DNA from: Clostridia bacterium
Lineage (GTDB): Bacteria > Bacillota > Clostridia > TANB77 > CAG-508
DNA: 32,000 nt
Reading direction: 5' to 3'
Assembly: GCA_017430135.1 (NCBI GenBank)
Contig: JAFRNM010000020.1
Span: forward strand, 1 to 32,000
The position numbers and the translations under genes are program-made. Positions 1-8,343 of the stretch are shown here, in pieces. Position 1 is the stretch's first letter; every line of letters begins with the position of its first letter. Below the pieces are notes generated by a model. It made no database searches. It worked only from the letters and a program-made list of their open reading frames with translations, and had not been told where the DNA came from.

Positions 1-1
1 A

Positions 2-508
2 AATAATTTAAATAAAATACATTTAGAAAATAATGTTGATTTGATTTCAATAAAAGAATTATTAAAAAATAAATTTAAGAATATTAATTTTGATTTTTTA
101 GAGTTTAAAAATTTTATTCAAGATTTTTTGGAAAAAGAAAAAAATAATTATAATTTAATTTTAATTGATTTAGGTTCTGAAAATAATCCAGAAATAAATA
201 ATTTAATTTTTGAAAAAAGTGATATCAATATTTTATTAACAGAAGGAAATTTAATTGGAATAAATAAGTTAAAAATATATTTAAATAAATTTAATAAAAT
301 TAATAATTTTAAAATTATCATAAATAAAAAAGATTTATTTTCTATTGATAATATGTTTATAGAAAAAATATTAAAATTAGAAATTATAGGAGAAATAAAA
401 TATAAAAAATTTTATTCAAATTTAATAAATAATCATTTTAATTTTTATTATAATTTTAAAAAGAAATATAAAAAAGAATATGAAAAAATATTTAATAAAT
501 TATATTAA
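2..508 (+). CDS. ParA/MinD/CpaE-like ATPase, C-terminal part (5' end upstream of window)
   Basis: The frame is open from base 2 to the TTG at 41 used by the ORF track, so the gene is cut by the window edge. YNLILIDLGSE...SDINILLTEGNLIGINKLK resembles the Walker-B strand region of ParA/MinD-type ATPases. No Walker A is visible in the window. Confidence 0.3.
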   Translation, partial: NNLNKIHLENNVDLISIKELLKNKFKNINFDFLEFKNFIQDFLEKEKNNYNLILIDLGSENNPEINNLIFEKSDINILLTEGNLIGINKLKIYLNKFNKINNFKIIINKKDLFSIDNMFIEKILKLEIIGEIKYKKFYSNLINNHFNFYYNFKKKYKKEYEKIFNKLY

Positions 509-562
509 AAAAAATAATCATAAAAAACAAATAGAAAAAATAAAATTTTGGAGGTAATAAAT

Positions 563-1375
563 ATGTTAAATGAATTAGAAGAAATAAAAAATTTAAATTC
601 AATACATGAAGTAGATAATTATATAAAAAATAATGCAGATGAATTAAATAAATTAAATTTAGAACAAAAACAACAAATTGCAAATTTATATTTGGAAAAA
701 CAAATATATCAAATTCAAAATGATTGGGCAAATTCAGAGATAACCAATATTTTAAATACAGCATTAGATATTGGTTTAAGAATTATTTTACCAGATTATT
801 TGGATGAGCAAGTTATAGAATTAAAAAATAATATAATAAATTTTGGTGTAAAAGAAGGATTTGAACAATCAATAAATGATGTAGTACAAAAAGGAAAAGA
901 AGCAATAGGACTTTTAACTAATAATTTTGAAAGTATTAGTGATGCTAAAAATGCAGTAAAAAAAGGTGGGACATTAGATATAATATCAGAGTTAGTAGAT
1001 AAGGGAGTAGATGCATTAAAAGATAATAAAAAAATAGATACAAAAACTGCAAAAACAATTAAAAAAGAAAAAGATAATATTATAAAAAGTGTAGAAGCCA
1101 ATATAGATATTACTTTTGAAAATCAAATTGCAGATTTCGAAAAATTAGAAAAATATATTTCAAATTGGAAAGAAGCATATAATTTACAAGATTATAATTC
1201 TATGCAAAAAGAATATAAAAAAATGGAAAAAATAATGAGTAATTTAATGCCATTAGAAAAAACAATAAGCGAATTTAGAACAATAGAAAATTTACAAACT
1301 TTAATAAAAAATAATGGTAAAAATTTTAATTTATCCCAAGAAGAATTAGAGTTAGCAAATAAATTGATAAAATAA
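563..1375 (+). CDS. hypothetical K/E/N-rich coiled-coil-like protein
   Basis: GGAGG at 550-554 precedes ATG 563. The track start at 548 is a TTG inside the SD. A long ORF is followed by a hairpin terminator. No recognisable motif. Confidence 0.5.
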   Translation: MLNELEEIKNLNSIHEVDNYIKNNADELNKLNLEQKQQIANLYLEKQIYQIQNDWANSEITNILNTALDIGLRIILPDYLDEQVIELKNNIINFGVKEGFEQSINDVVQKGKEAIGLLTNNFESISDAKNAVKKGGTLDIISELVDKGVDALKDNKKIDTKTAKTIKKEKDNIIKSVEANIDITFENQIADFEKLEKYISNWKEAYNLQDYNSMQKEYKKMEKIMSNLMPLEKTISEFRTIENLQTLIKNNGKNFNLSQEELELANKLIK

Positions 1376-1440
1376 AAAATGATAATAAGAGGAGACAAGT
1401 TGAAGATTTAAATCTAAGTTTTTAGTTAGATAGTATTATG

Positions 1441-1472
1441 GGAAAATTGAGTAAAATCAATTTTCCTTTTTT
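1441..1472 (+). terminator. rho-independent terminator
   Basis: GGAAAATTGA (1441-1450) / TCAATTTTCC (1457-1466), 6-nt loop, then TTTTTT. Confidence 0.7.
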
Positions 1473-1526
1473 AAATTAAAAAACTAATAAATTAGTTATT
1501 TCCCTAAACTTTTTTGCTAATTTTAC

Positions 1527-1555
1527 TTGCATATTTTTTTGTGTTTTAGTATAAT
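1527..1555 (+). promoter_or_regulatory. sigmaA-type promoter of gyrA
   Basis: TTGCAT (1527-1532), 17-nt spacer, TATAAT (1550-1555), about 50 nt upstream of the gyrA start. Confidence 0.55.
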
Positions 1556-1607
1556 ACATTTGTAGAAAAAAGACGTTAAAAGAAGTCTAGAAAAGAGGGA
1601 AAATACT

Positions 1608-4055
1608 ATGGAAGAAAGACGCGAAGAACACGTAATTGAAAGAGACATTGATAAAGAAATGAGAACTGCATATATTGATTATGCAATGAGCGTTATTGTA
1701 TCTCGTGCATTACCAGATGTAAGAGATGGATTAAAACCTGTTCATAGAAGAATTTTATATGCAATGCATGAAGATGGAATTACATCAGACAAGCCATATA
1801 GGAAATGTGCAAATACTGTTGGATCAGTTTTAGGAAGATACCATCCACATGGAGATGCTTCTGTTTATGATGCAATGGTTAGAATGGCACAAGATTTCTC
1901 TATGAGATATACGCTAATTGATGGACATGGAAACTTCGGTTCAATAGATGGTGATGGAGCAGCCGCAATGAGGTATACAGAGGCAAGAATGGCTAAAATT
2001 TCTCAATATATGTTAACAGATATTGAGAAAAATACAGTTGATTTCATGCCAAACTATGATGATAGATTACAAGAACCTACAGTTTTACCTGCTGCAATAC
2101 CTGCATTATTAATTAATGGGTCATCAGGAATTGCCGTTGGTATGGCAACAAATATACCACCACATAATTTATCTGAAGTAATTGATGGAATTATAAAAAT
2201 AATTGATGAAGATGAAGTTACTGATGAAGATTTAATGAGCGTAATAAAAGGACCAGATTTTCCAACAGGAGGATTAATCTTAGGAAGAGAAGGAATTAAA
2301 CAAGCATATACAACAGGTAGAGGAAAAATTATTTGTAGGGCAGAAGCAGAAATCGAAGAAATGAGCAATAATAAGCAAAGAATTATTGTTTCATCACTTC
2401 CATATCAAGTAAATAAAGCAAGATTAATAGAAAATATTGCTCGTCTTGCAAGAGAAAAGAGAATCGAAGGAATTTCAGAGTTAAGAGATGAATCTGATAG
2501 AATAGATAAAGTAAGAATTGTAATTGAATTAAAAAGAGATGCAAATGCACAGGTTGTTTTAAATCAATTATATAAAAATACACAAATGCAAGATACATTT
2601 GGTGTAATTATGCTTGCTCTTGACCATGGGCAACCTAAAGTATTAACTTTAAGACAATGTTTAGATTGTTATTTAGAGCATAGAAAAGAAGTTATTCTAA
2701 GAAGAACAAAATTTGAATTAGATAAAGCATTAGCAAGAGCTCACATTTTAGAGGGATTAAAAATAGCCTTAGATAATATAGATGAAGTTATAAACATTAT
2801 TCGTTCTTCATATGATGATCCAAAAGAAAGATTAATGGAAAGATTTGGATTAACAGATATTCAAGCTCAAGCTATTCTAGATATGAGATTAAAGACTTTA
2901 TCAGGTTTGCAAAGAGAAAAAATTGAAGAAGAATATAAAGCTTTAATGGAATTAATTGCACATTTAAGAGAAATTTTAAATAGTGAAAAATTAGTATTCG
3001 ACATAATTAAAGAAGAATTACTTCAAATTAAAGAAAAATTCGGAGATGACAGATTAACCAAAATTGTTGCAGCAGAAGGAGAATTTGAAGTTGAAGATTT
3101 AATAAAAGAAGAACAAACTGTAATTGCTTTAACACACTTTGGATATATTAAAAGAATGCCAATAGATACATATAGAAGCCAAAAAAGAGGCGGAAAAGGA
3201 ATTTCTGGAATATCTACAAGAGAAGAAGACTTTGTTAAACAAATATTTACAGCTTCTACTCATGATACAATTTTATTCTTCTCAAATAAAGGAAAATTGT
3301 ACAGATTAAAAGGCTATGAAGTTCCAGAAGCAGGAAGAACTGCAAGAGGTACAGCAATTGTAAACTTATTAAGTCTAGACCCTGGAGAAAAAATATCAGC
3401 TGTAATTCCAATTCAAAACTTTGCAGAAGGAAAATATTTATTAATGGCTACAAAGAATGGTTTAATTAAGAAAACAGCACTTAGTGAATATAATTCTGCA
3501 AGAAAAACAGGTCTTCAAGGAATCGTTTTAAAAGACGAAGATGAATTAATTGGTGTAAGACTAACAGATGGAGAAGATAATGTAGTGTTAGTTACTAAAA
3601 AAGGTATGTGTATTACATTTGATGAAAAAGATGTTAGACCAGTTGGTAGAGTTACACAAGGTGTAATTGGTATGAGACTTGATGATGATGATGTGGTTAT
3701 TGGAATGGAATCAATTATAGCTGGTGGAAAAGCTACATTACTTGCAATTACAGAAAATGGATTTGGTAAGAGAACAGAACTAGATGAATATAGAGTACAA
3801 AACAGAGGCGGAAAAGGTGTAATTACTTACAAAATTACTCCAAAAACAGGAGATATAGTTGGTGTAAGAATTGCAACTGATGACGAAGATGTAATGATGA
3901 TTACTGAAAAAGGAACAATTATAAGAATAAATGTTAAAGATATAAGTGTTCTTGGAAGGTCAACACAAGGTGTAACTCTTATGAGAACTAGTGATGGAGG
4001 AAAAGTTGTAAGTATTGAAACAATTAATCCTAATGAAGATGTTGCTGAAGAATAA
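1608..4055 (+). CDS. gyrA: DNA gyrase subunit A
   Basis: 815 aa. Contains AMSVIVSRALPDVRDGLKPVHRRILYAM, QRDR HPHGDASVYDAMVRMAQ, catalytic-Tyr context AAAMRYTEARM and C-terminal beta-pinwheel repeats (GxGGKG..). Confidence 0.97.
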   Translation: MEERREEHVIERDIDKEMRTAYIDYAMSVIVSRALPDVRDGLKPVHRRILYAMHEDGITSDKPYRKCANTVGSVLGRYHPHGDASVYDAMVRMAQDFSMRYTLIDGHGNFGSIDGDGAAAMRYTEARMAKISQYMLTDIEKNTVDFMPNYDDRLQEPTVLPAAIPALLINGSSGIAVGMATNIPPHNLSEVIDGIIKIIDEDEVTDEDLMSVIKGPDFPTGGLILGREGIKQAYTTGRGKIICRAEAEIEEMSNNKQRIIVSSLPYQVNKARLIENIARLAREKRIEGISELRDESDRIDKVRIVIELKRDANAQVVLNQLYKNTQMQDTFGVIMLALDHGQPKVLTLRQCLDCYLEHRKEVILRRTKFELDKALARAHILEGLKIALDNIDEVINIIRSSYDDPKERLMERFGLTDIQAQAILDMRLKTLSGLQREKIEEEYKALMELIAHLREILNSEKLVFDIIKEELLQIKEKFGDDRLTKIVAAEGEFEVEDLIKEEQTVIALTHFGYIKRMPIDTYRSQKRGGKGISGISTREEDFVKQIFTASTHDTILFFSNKGKLYRLKGYEVPEAGRTARGTAIVNLLSLDPGEKISAVIPIQNFAEGKYLLMATKNGLIKKTALSEYNSARKTGLQGIVLKDEDELIGVRLTDGEDNVVLVTKKGMCITFDEKDVRPVGRVTQGVIGMRLDDDDVVIGMESIIAGGKATLLAITENGFGKRTELDEYRVQNRGGKGVITYKITPKTGDIVGVRIATDDEDVMMITEKGTIIRINVKDISVLGRSTQGVTLMRTSDGGKVVSIETINPNEDVAEE

Positions 4056-4135
4056 TAAAAAAATTCATAATATACTTTACAAAGTATAAAATATAATGTA
4101 AAATATCAATAATAAAAATAGAGGAGGGGAAAACC

Positions 4136-4486
4136 ATGAAAATAGTTTACGCGTCAAGAACAGGTAATGTTGAATCAATAATAAACAAATTAGGTGTAGA
4201 TGCTTTAAGAATCGAAGATGGTTCAGAAAGCGTTGCAGAAGATTATATAATCTTCACATACACAGATGGTTATGGAGATATACCAGGAGAAGTTGCTGAT
4301 TTCTTAGAAAATAATTCAGCAAATGTAAAAGGTGTAGTAGTAAGCGGTGATACTGCTTATGGAGATGCATTCTGCGGAGCAGGGGATGCAATTGCTGAAG
4401 AATACAATGTTCCAGTTTTATACAAAGTAGAAAATGATGGAACAGATGAAGATATAGAAAATATCAAAAATGCAATTAATATGTAA
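4136..4486 (+). CDS. nrdI: NrdI-type flavodoxin-like protein
   Basis: 116 aa. MKIVYASRTGNVE..., FTYTDGYGDIPGEV, VVSGDTAYGDAFCGAGD and VPVLYKVENDGT match the NrdI pattern. Strong SD GAGGAGGGG. Confidence 0.75.
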   Translation: MKIVYASRTGNVESIINKLGVDALRIEDGSESVAEDYIIFTYTDGYGDIPGEVADFLENNSANVKGVVVSGDTAYGDAFCGAGDAIAEEYNVPVLYKVENDGTDEDIENIKNAINM

Positions 4487-4502
4487 TTTTATAAAAATAA
4501 AT

Positions 4503-4527
4503 AAAAAGTATGCTATGCATACTTTTT
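4503..4527. terminator. bidirectional terminator between convergent nrdI and the loader gene
   Basis: AAAAAGTATGC (4503-4513) / GCATACTTTTT (4517-4527), 3-nt loop, with A/T tracts on both sides. Confidence 0.65.
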
Positions 4528-5539
4528 ATTTGTTTATTTTAAATCTTATATCATCGCCAAAGAAATAATAAATATCATAATATCCTGCAATTCTTGAGCC
4601 AATTCTTTCTTCATAAAAATTAAATATTTCTTTTATTCCTAAATTTGTAGAAATTATTGTTTTTGTTATTTTATTATTTGAATTCAATAATCTTGTATTT
4701 ATTATTGTAAATAATTCACTTAATTTCATTGAATTTTGACTTTCTGTACCTAAATCATCTATTATTAATAGATCTGATTCTAAAACAGAATTATAAAAAT
4801 TAAATAAATTATCTTTATTTTTGCTCATTTTATAATTAATTACATTTTCTAATAAAACAGGTGCTGTTTGGTAAAGAACTGTTTTTTCCTTTTTTAACAT
4901 TTCAGCAGCTATGCAATTCGTCATAAAAGTTTTTCCTAAACCAGAGTTCCCTGTAAATAATAGATTTTTATAATCTGGATTATCAAAATTTTCTATAAAT
5001 TCGATTGCTTTTTCTTTGATATTTAAAATATTTTTTCTAGGCGAAACATTGTATTTATATTTTGCAATATCAACTTCATCTGAATACATTAATTCATTGA
5101 ATTTTTTAAAATTTTCTTTATCTAAATTAGATAAATTAGAATTATTAAATGTAATATTTAATAATTTTTGTTTTAAACAACTACACATTGTTGTTTTATT
5201 ATCAGAAGTTATATAACCAGTATCATTACATTTTTTACATTCATAAAATGGCTTTAAATATCCTAAATCAATTCCTTTTGAATTTAAAATTTGCTCTTTT
5301 TCATTTTTTAATTTATTAATTTTATCATTTAATAAATTAATTTCTTCTTTATTTCCATTAATAATATTTTTTGTAGTTTGGATAGCAAATTTATTTAATT
5401 CGTCTTCTATTGCTTGCAATCTTGGAATTGTTAAATATAATTTTTCTTTTCTATTTATAGCATCAAGTTCTGCTTTAGTTTTCTTTTGTTCATATTCCTT
5501 TAAAATGTTATTTAAAATTTCATTAGAAATATTAATCAC
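4526..5539 (-). CDS. dnaI: DnaI/DnaC-type replicative helicase loader (AAA+ ATPase)
   Basis: Walker A GNSGLGKT and Walker B LLIIDDLG. An N-terminal Cys cluster (CKKCNDTGY...CSC) is as in DnaI Zn-binding domains. Lies directly downstream of a DnaD-domain gene. Confidence 0.8.
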   Translation of the reverse strand: MINISNEILNNILKEYEQKKTKAELDAINRKEKLYLTIPRLQAIEDELNKFAIQTTKNIINGNKEEINLLNDKINKLKNEKEQILNSKGIDLGYLKPFYECKKCNDTGYITSDNKTTMCSCLKQKLLNITFNNSNLSNLDKENFKKFNELMYSDEVDIAKYKYNVSPRKNILNIKEKAIEFIENFDNPDYKNLLFTGNSGLGKTFMTNCIAAEMLKKEKTVLYQTAPVLLENVINYKMSKNKDNLFNFYNSVLESDLLIIDDLGTESQNSMKLSELFTIINTRLLNSNNKITKTIISTNLGIKEIFNFYEERIGSRIAGYYDIYYFFGDDIRFKINK

Positions 5540-5568
5540 CTTCTTAATAAAAATTTAATATAAGAGAG

Positions 5569-6534
5569 TTATTTATTATTAGCATACAAAAAGTCTAAAT
5601 TATCATAATTGCGTTGTTCAAAATTAGCCTTAGAAACATTTTTAATTAAATTCTTAACATCTTTATTTTGTTTGTTTCTTTCTTCTATAAAACTATTAAT
5701 TTCTTCAGGAGTCTTAAATCCATGTTCATGCCAATCTTTTATCATATTATTTAAATATTCAAAAGTAACAGATTGTTTAAATGTACTGCGTTTTAAAGCA
5801 ATTTCAATAATATTCATATCATAGCCAAAATTCATAACCCAATCTTCAATATAGCTTTCTTCGTATTCAGTTAAACCATTTCTTTTTCCTAATTTTTTTG
5901 CAATTAGCTTCTTGGTTTTCAACATTTTATCTTCTTGTTGTGTATAATTCTCTAAATCATTCCAAGTTTTAATATTATGAGCTCCCCATGCATCTGCAAC
6001 AGCTTTTACGTAATTTCTGTGCATTGCAGATTTATTATAACAATAGTCAAATAATGAAATCATAACTTGTTCATCAAATGAATATTTTTTGAACCATAAA
6101 TCAATATCATTATACCAAGAGGGTCCCATAATTCCTTGAAAATACATGTTATTTATATGTTCTATAGCTTTAGCACGAGTTTTATTTTTTGCAGTTTTTT
6201 CAACAGTTTCAGCTGATTGTGTTAAATTTGGTGTATATAATTCATGCAAGGTTTTTTCTTGCAAATCTACTAATACAAATCCAGTTGTTTTTTTAGTAAT
6301 TAATCCATTATCTTCTAAAAATTTTGTTGCTTCTTGAATAGTATTTAGAGGGATATTTAATTTTTTAGATAAGTCATTTAATTTCATATCTTTACCATAT
6401 TTTGATAAAAATACCATATACATATATACTTTTAAGTATTCTCCAGGTATTTGTGATAAATGCTCTGCAAAAAATATGTCTGGTATTGATGTTTCTGAAA
6501 ATATTAGTGCTTTTTCGGTTTGTTCAATCTTCAT
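5569..6534 (-). CDS. DnaD-domain replication initiation/membrane attachment protein (B. subtilis DnaB/DnaD-like)
   Basis: N-terminal winged-helix-like region (LNDLSKKLNIPLNTIQEATKFLEDNGLI). Two DnaD-type C-terminal repeats (WFKKYSFDEQVMISLFDYC...; WVMNFGYDMNIIEIALKRS...). Tail is NFEQRNYDNLDFLYANNK. Confidence 0.75.
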   Translation of the reverse strand: MKIEQTEKALIFSETSIPDIFFAEHLSQIPGEYLKVYMYMVFLSKYGKDMKLNDLSKKLNIPLNTIQEATKFLEDNGLITKKTTGFVLVDLQEKTLHELYTPNLTQSAETVEKTAKNKTRAKAIEHINNMYFQGIMGPSWYNDIDLWFKKYSFDEQVMISLFDYCYNKSAMHRNYVKAVADAWGAHNIKTWNDLENYTQQEDKMLKTKKLIAKKLGKRNGLTEYEESYIEDWVMNFGYDMNIIEIALKRSTFKQSVTFEYLNNMIKDWHEHGFKTPEEINSFIEERNKQNKDVKNLIKNVSKANFEQRNYDNLDFLYANNK

Positions 6535-6572
6535 TTTAAATTGCCCCCTATGTATTTAATTTCGTAATTCAA

Positions 6573-6601
6573 ATTATACAAATTTTTATACAAAAATACA
6601 A
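6573..6601 (-). promoter_or_regulatory. candidate promoter of the DnaD-domain/loader operon
   Basis: On the - strand: TTGTAT (6601-6596), 17-nt spacer, TATAAT (6578-6573) preceded by TG. Confidence 0.4.
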
Positions 6602-6624
6602 GAGGAAAAATAAAATTTGTGTTA

Positions 6625-6906
6625 TTATTTGTTGTAAAAATATATTTTTTGTTTTTTTATGAATCTAAACATATAAGAAAAAACTTCTAAAATATTTTCT
6701 CCATTAAAACCTACAAAACTTAATAATAAAATTGGCAAACATAAAATAATTGCGAAAAATATTTTAATTGTTAAACTTGAAAAAATTAAATTTAAAATAA
6801 AAACAATTATTGCAATCCAAATTACATTAAATATTGCTGTGCTATATTCAATTACACCAAATATTTTATTATTAAAATTATAATTTTGGGGAAATATAAA
6901 GTTCAA
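6625..6906 (-). CDS. small two/three-TM membrane protein, TcpE/PrgI(VirB3)-like
   Basis: 93 aa. A short polar N-terminus is followed by hydrophobic helices. The SD AGGTGA lies 4 nt upstream of a TTG start at 6906-6904 (the ORF track writes the TTG as M). Sits in a T4SS-like gene string. Family assignment by size, topology and context only. Confidence 0.4.
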   Translation of the reverse strand: MNFIFPQNYNFNNKIFGVIEYSTAIFNVIWIAIIVFILNLIFSSLTIKIFFAIILCLPILLLSFVGFNGENILEVFSYMFRFIKKQKIYFYNK

Positions 6907-6929
6907 ATTTTCACCTCATTTCTTTTATG

Positions 6930-7049
6930 ACAAATAATATTAATACGTTCGTCCTTGTTGTCGCAACCTTCCTGATTTAATTATGACAGGTTGCTCCAGA
7001 ACTACGCTTCGCTCCGCACTACGCGGACTCACTACTTAATATTATTTGT
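6930..7049. repeat. GC-rich 92-nt core flanked by a perfect 14-bp inverted repeat (structured RNA / MITE-like element, unknown)
   Basis: ACAAATAATATTAA (6930-6943) and TTAATATTATTTGT (7036-7049) are exact reverse complements. The core 6944-7035 has 46 G+C of 92 by hand count, in an intergenic region that is otherwise about 20% GC. Internal stems are GCAACC(T)/(A)GGTTGC and TCCGC/GCGGA. Confidence 0.6.
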
Positions 7050-7069
7050 TAGTATAATGTAATTATTAA

Positions 7070-7909
7070 TTAAATATTTGTAGAGATTCCGCCTATAAAA
7101 TCTCTAACAAACGAATTTGCTTTTATTAGAGCATATATTCCTCCAATATAAATGAATTTTGATAACAATCCGCCAGATGTAAAATCAGTAGAAAATAGTA
7201 TAACTAAAACAAGAGCAACTATTATTTGTATAAATAATAATGAAAATAAATTTTTTGCCCACACAGTAAAAAACCAAGATGTGTTTTTTAAAGATAAAGA
7301 TAGAATTGCAAATGGGGTTAATAGAGCAAAAATTTTAATCATTACATATCTAAATGCATAGGTTAATAATAAATGTAACATAGAAAAGGAAATAGCACCT
7401 CTTAATAATCCATTAAGTGTAAACATATTTAATGCATTATTAGAAATTGAAAAAATAGAATTTACAATATTTATTATTTGATTAAAACTTACTTCATTTA
7501 AATAAATATTTTCTCCTATATTTTTAATTCCAATAGAAATATAATAAAAAATATTAATTACTTGCTCCAATAAAAAATATGAAAAATTCATACAAATACC
7601 AAAAATAATTAATTTAAAAATAAATTCCTTTGGAGATTCCATTTCTGAATATGTAAAATGTGATAATAAATACTTAATTGCAAAATATAAAATAATTCCT
7701 AATAGCAATGAATTTGCAATTAATAAAATTCCATTTGTAGTTGATGTTCCTAAAATTTTTTCAAAATAATTATTTTTTAATATATTAGAATTTACAAATG
7801 TAATTTCATCAAGTGTAGAATATAAGCTATTATCTAATGAGCCAAATAATTGCTCAAACATTGAATTTATCGTAGTTATAATTGTTTGTGTTGCTACATT
7901 AGCTTCCAA
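7070..7909 (-). CDS. polytopic membrane protein, VirB6/TrbL-like T4SS component
   Basis: 279 aa with 6 or more predicted TM helices. TTG start 5 nt after AAGGAGG. Sits between VirB2-like and TcpE-like genes. Confidence 0.5.
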   Translation of the reverse strand: MEANVATQTIITTINSMFEQLFGSLDNSLYSTLDEITFVNSNILKNNYFEKILGTSTTNGILLIANSLLLGIILYFAIKYLLSHFTYSEMESPKEFIFKLIIFGICMNFSYFLLEQVINIFYYISIGIKNIGENIYLNEVSFNQIINIVNSIFSISNNALNMFTLNGLLRGAISFSMLHLLLTYAFRYVMIKIFALLTPFAILSLSLKNTSWFFTVWAKNLFSLLFIQIIVALVLVILFSTDFTSGGLLSKFIYIGGIYALIKANSFVRDFIGGISTNI

Positions 7910-7941
7910 ATTTTCCTCCTTTTTTAAATAAATTTGAGATG

Positions 7942-8002
7942 TTAGAGGTTAGAATTAAAAAAACATATTTTACACATTTTGCTTATACTATCCAACCTCC
8001 AA
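7942..8002 (-). repeat. intercistronic long-range hairpin / inverted GTTRGA repeats
   Basis: In - strand RNA, UUGGAGGUUGGA (8002-7991) pairs with UCUAACCUCUAA (7953-7942): 12 bp including 2 G-U pairs. On the + strand these would be A-C mismatches, so the structure is specific to the coding strand. Confidence 0.4.
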
Positions 8003-8019
8003 TTTCCAACTTCTTACTT

Positions 8020-8340
8020 CTAACTAATTAAAGATCTAATTGCAGACAATATTAAGTCAATTGCTAAAATAAATGCATAAGAAAATAAAGAACCTTTAAT
8101 TATTTTTTTACCTGTTCTTATTTTTTCTTCATCACCAAAACTAAATTTTTTCATAAAAACTCCAGTTCCAACAGCAACTGCTGCAGCAGGAGTTGCAAGT
8201 TTTAGTAACCATCCTTCAATATTTTCGAATGCTGAATTTAATTTATTTATTATTTGTGGATCAGCTGCAAAAGAAATTGAACCTCCAATAAATAAAAATA
8301 AATTAAAAAATATAATTATTAAATAAATCTTTTTTTTCAT
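8020..8340 (-). CDS. VirB2/TrbC pilin-like small secreted membrane protein
   Basis: 106 aa. Signal peptide ending SFA-ADP, then two hydrophobic helices (LATPAAAVAVGTGVF; LFSYAFILAIDLILSAI). Its start is 3 nt from the stop of the upstream ATPase gene. Confidence 0.55.
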   Translation of the reverse strand: MKKKIYLIIIFFNLFLFIGGSISFAADPQIINKLNSAFENIEGWLLKLATPAAAVAVGTGVFMKKFSFGDEEKIRTGKKIIKGSLFSYAFILAIDLILSAIRSLIS

Positions 8341-8343
8341 AAA

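Noticed and set aside
1417-1430. 14-nt match TTTAGTTAGATAGT at 1417-1430 and 13623-13636, and 13-nt AAAATCGTTGAAA at about 12117 and about 13281.
   Set aside because: These are short AT-rich matches with no extension on either side. They are compatible with chance in 32 kb of about 25% GC DNA.
492-4055. Minus-strand ORFs 492-764, 796-1101, 1192-1398, 2054-2368 and 2383-2598.
   Set aside because: All are antisense to well-supported + strand genes (the coiled-coil ORF and gyrA). They are low-complexity F/I/L/S-rich translations typical of the reverse frame of AT-rich coding DNA. None has an SD.
6944-7035. The GC-rich core as a tRNA, 5S rRNA, SRP RNA or group II intron fragment.
   Set aside because: No cloverleaf can be drawn. 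There is no T-loop, no SRP GGAA-tetraloop/AGCA motif context and no domain V-like sequence. It is kept as an unclassified element.
5016-7361. Plus-strand ORFs 5016-5216, 5609-5824, 6146-6337 and 7152-7361.
   Set aside because: They lie inside, and antisense to, the DnaI-type, DnaD-domain and VirB6-like genes.
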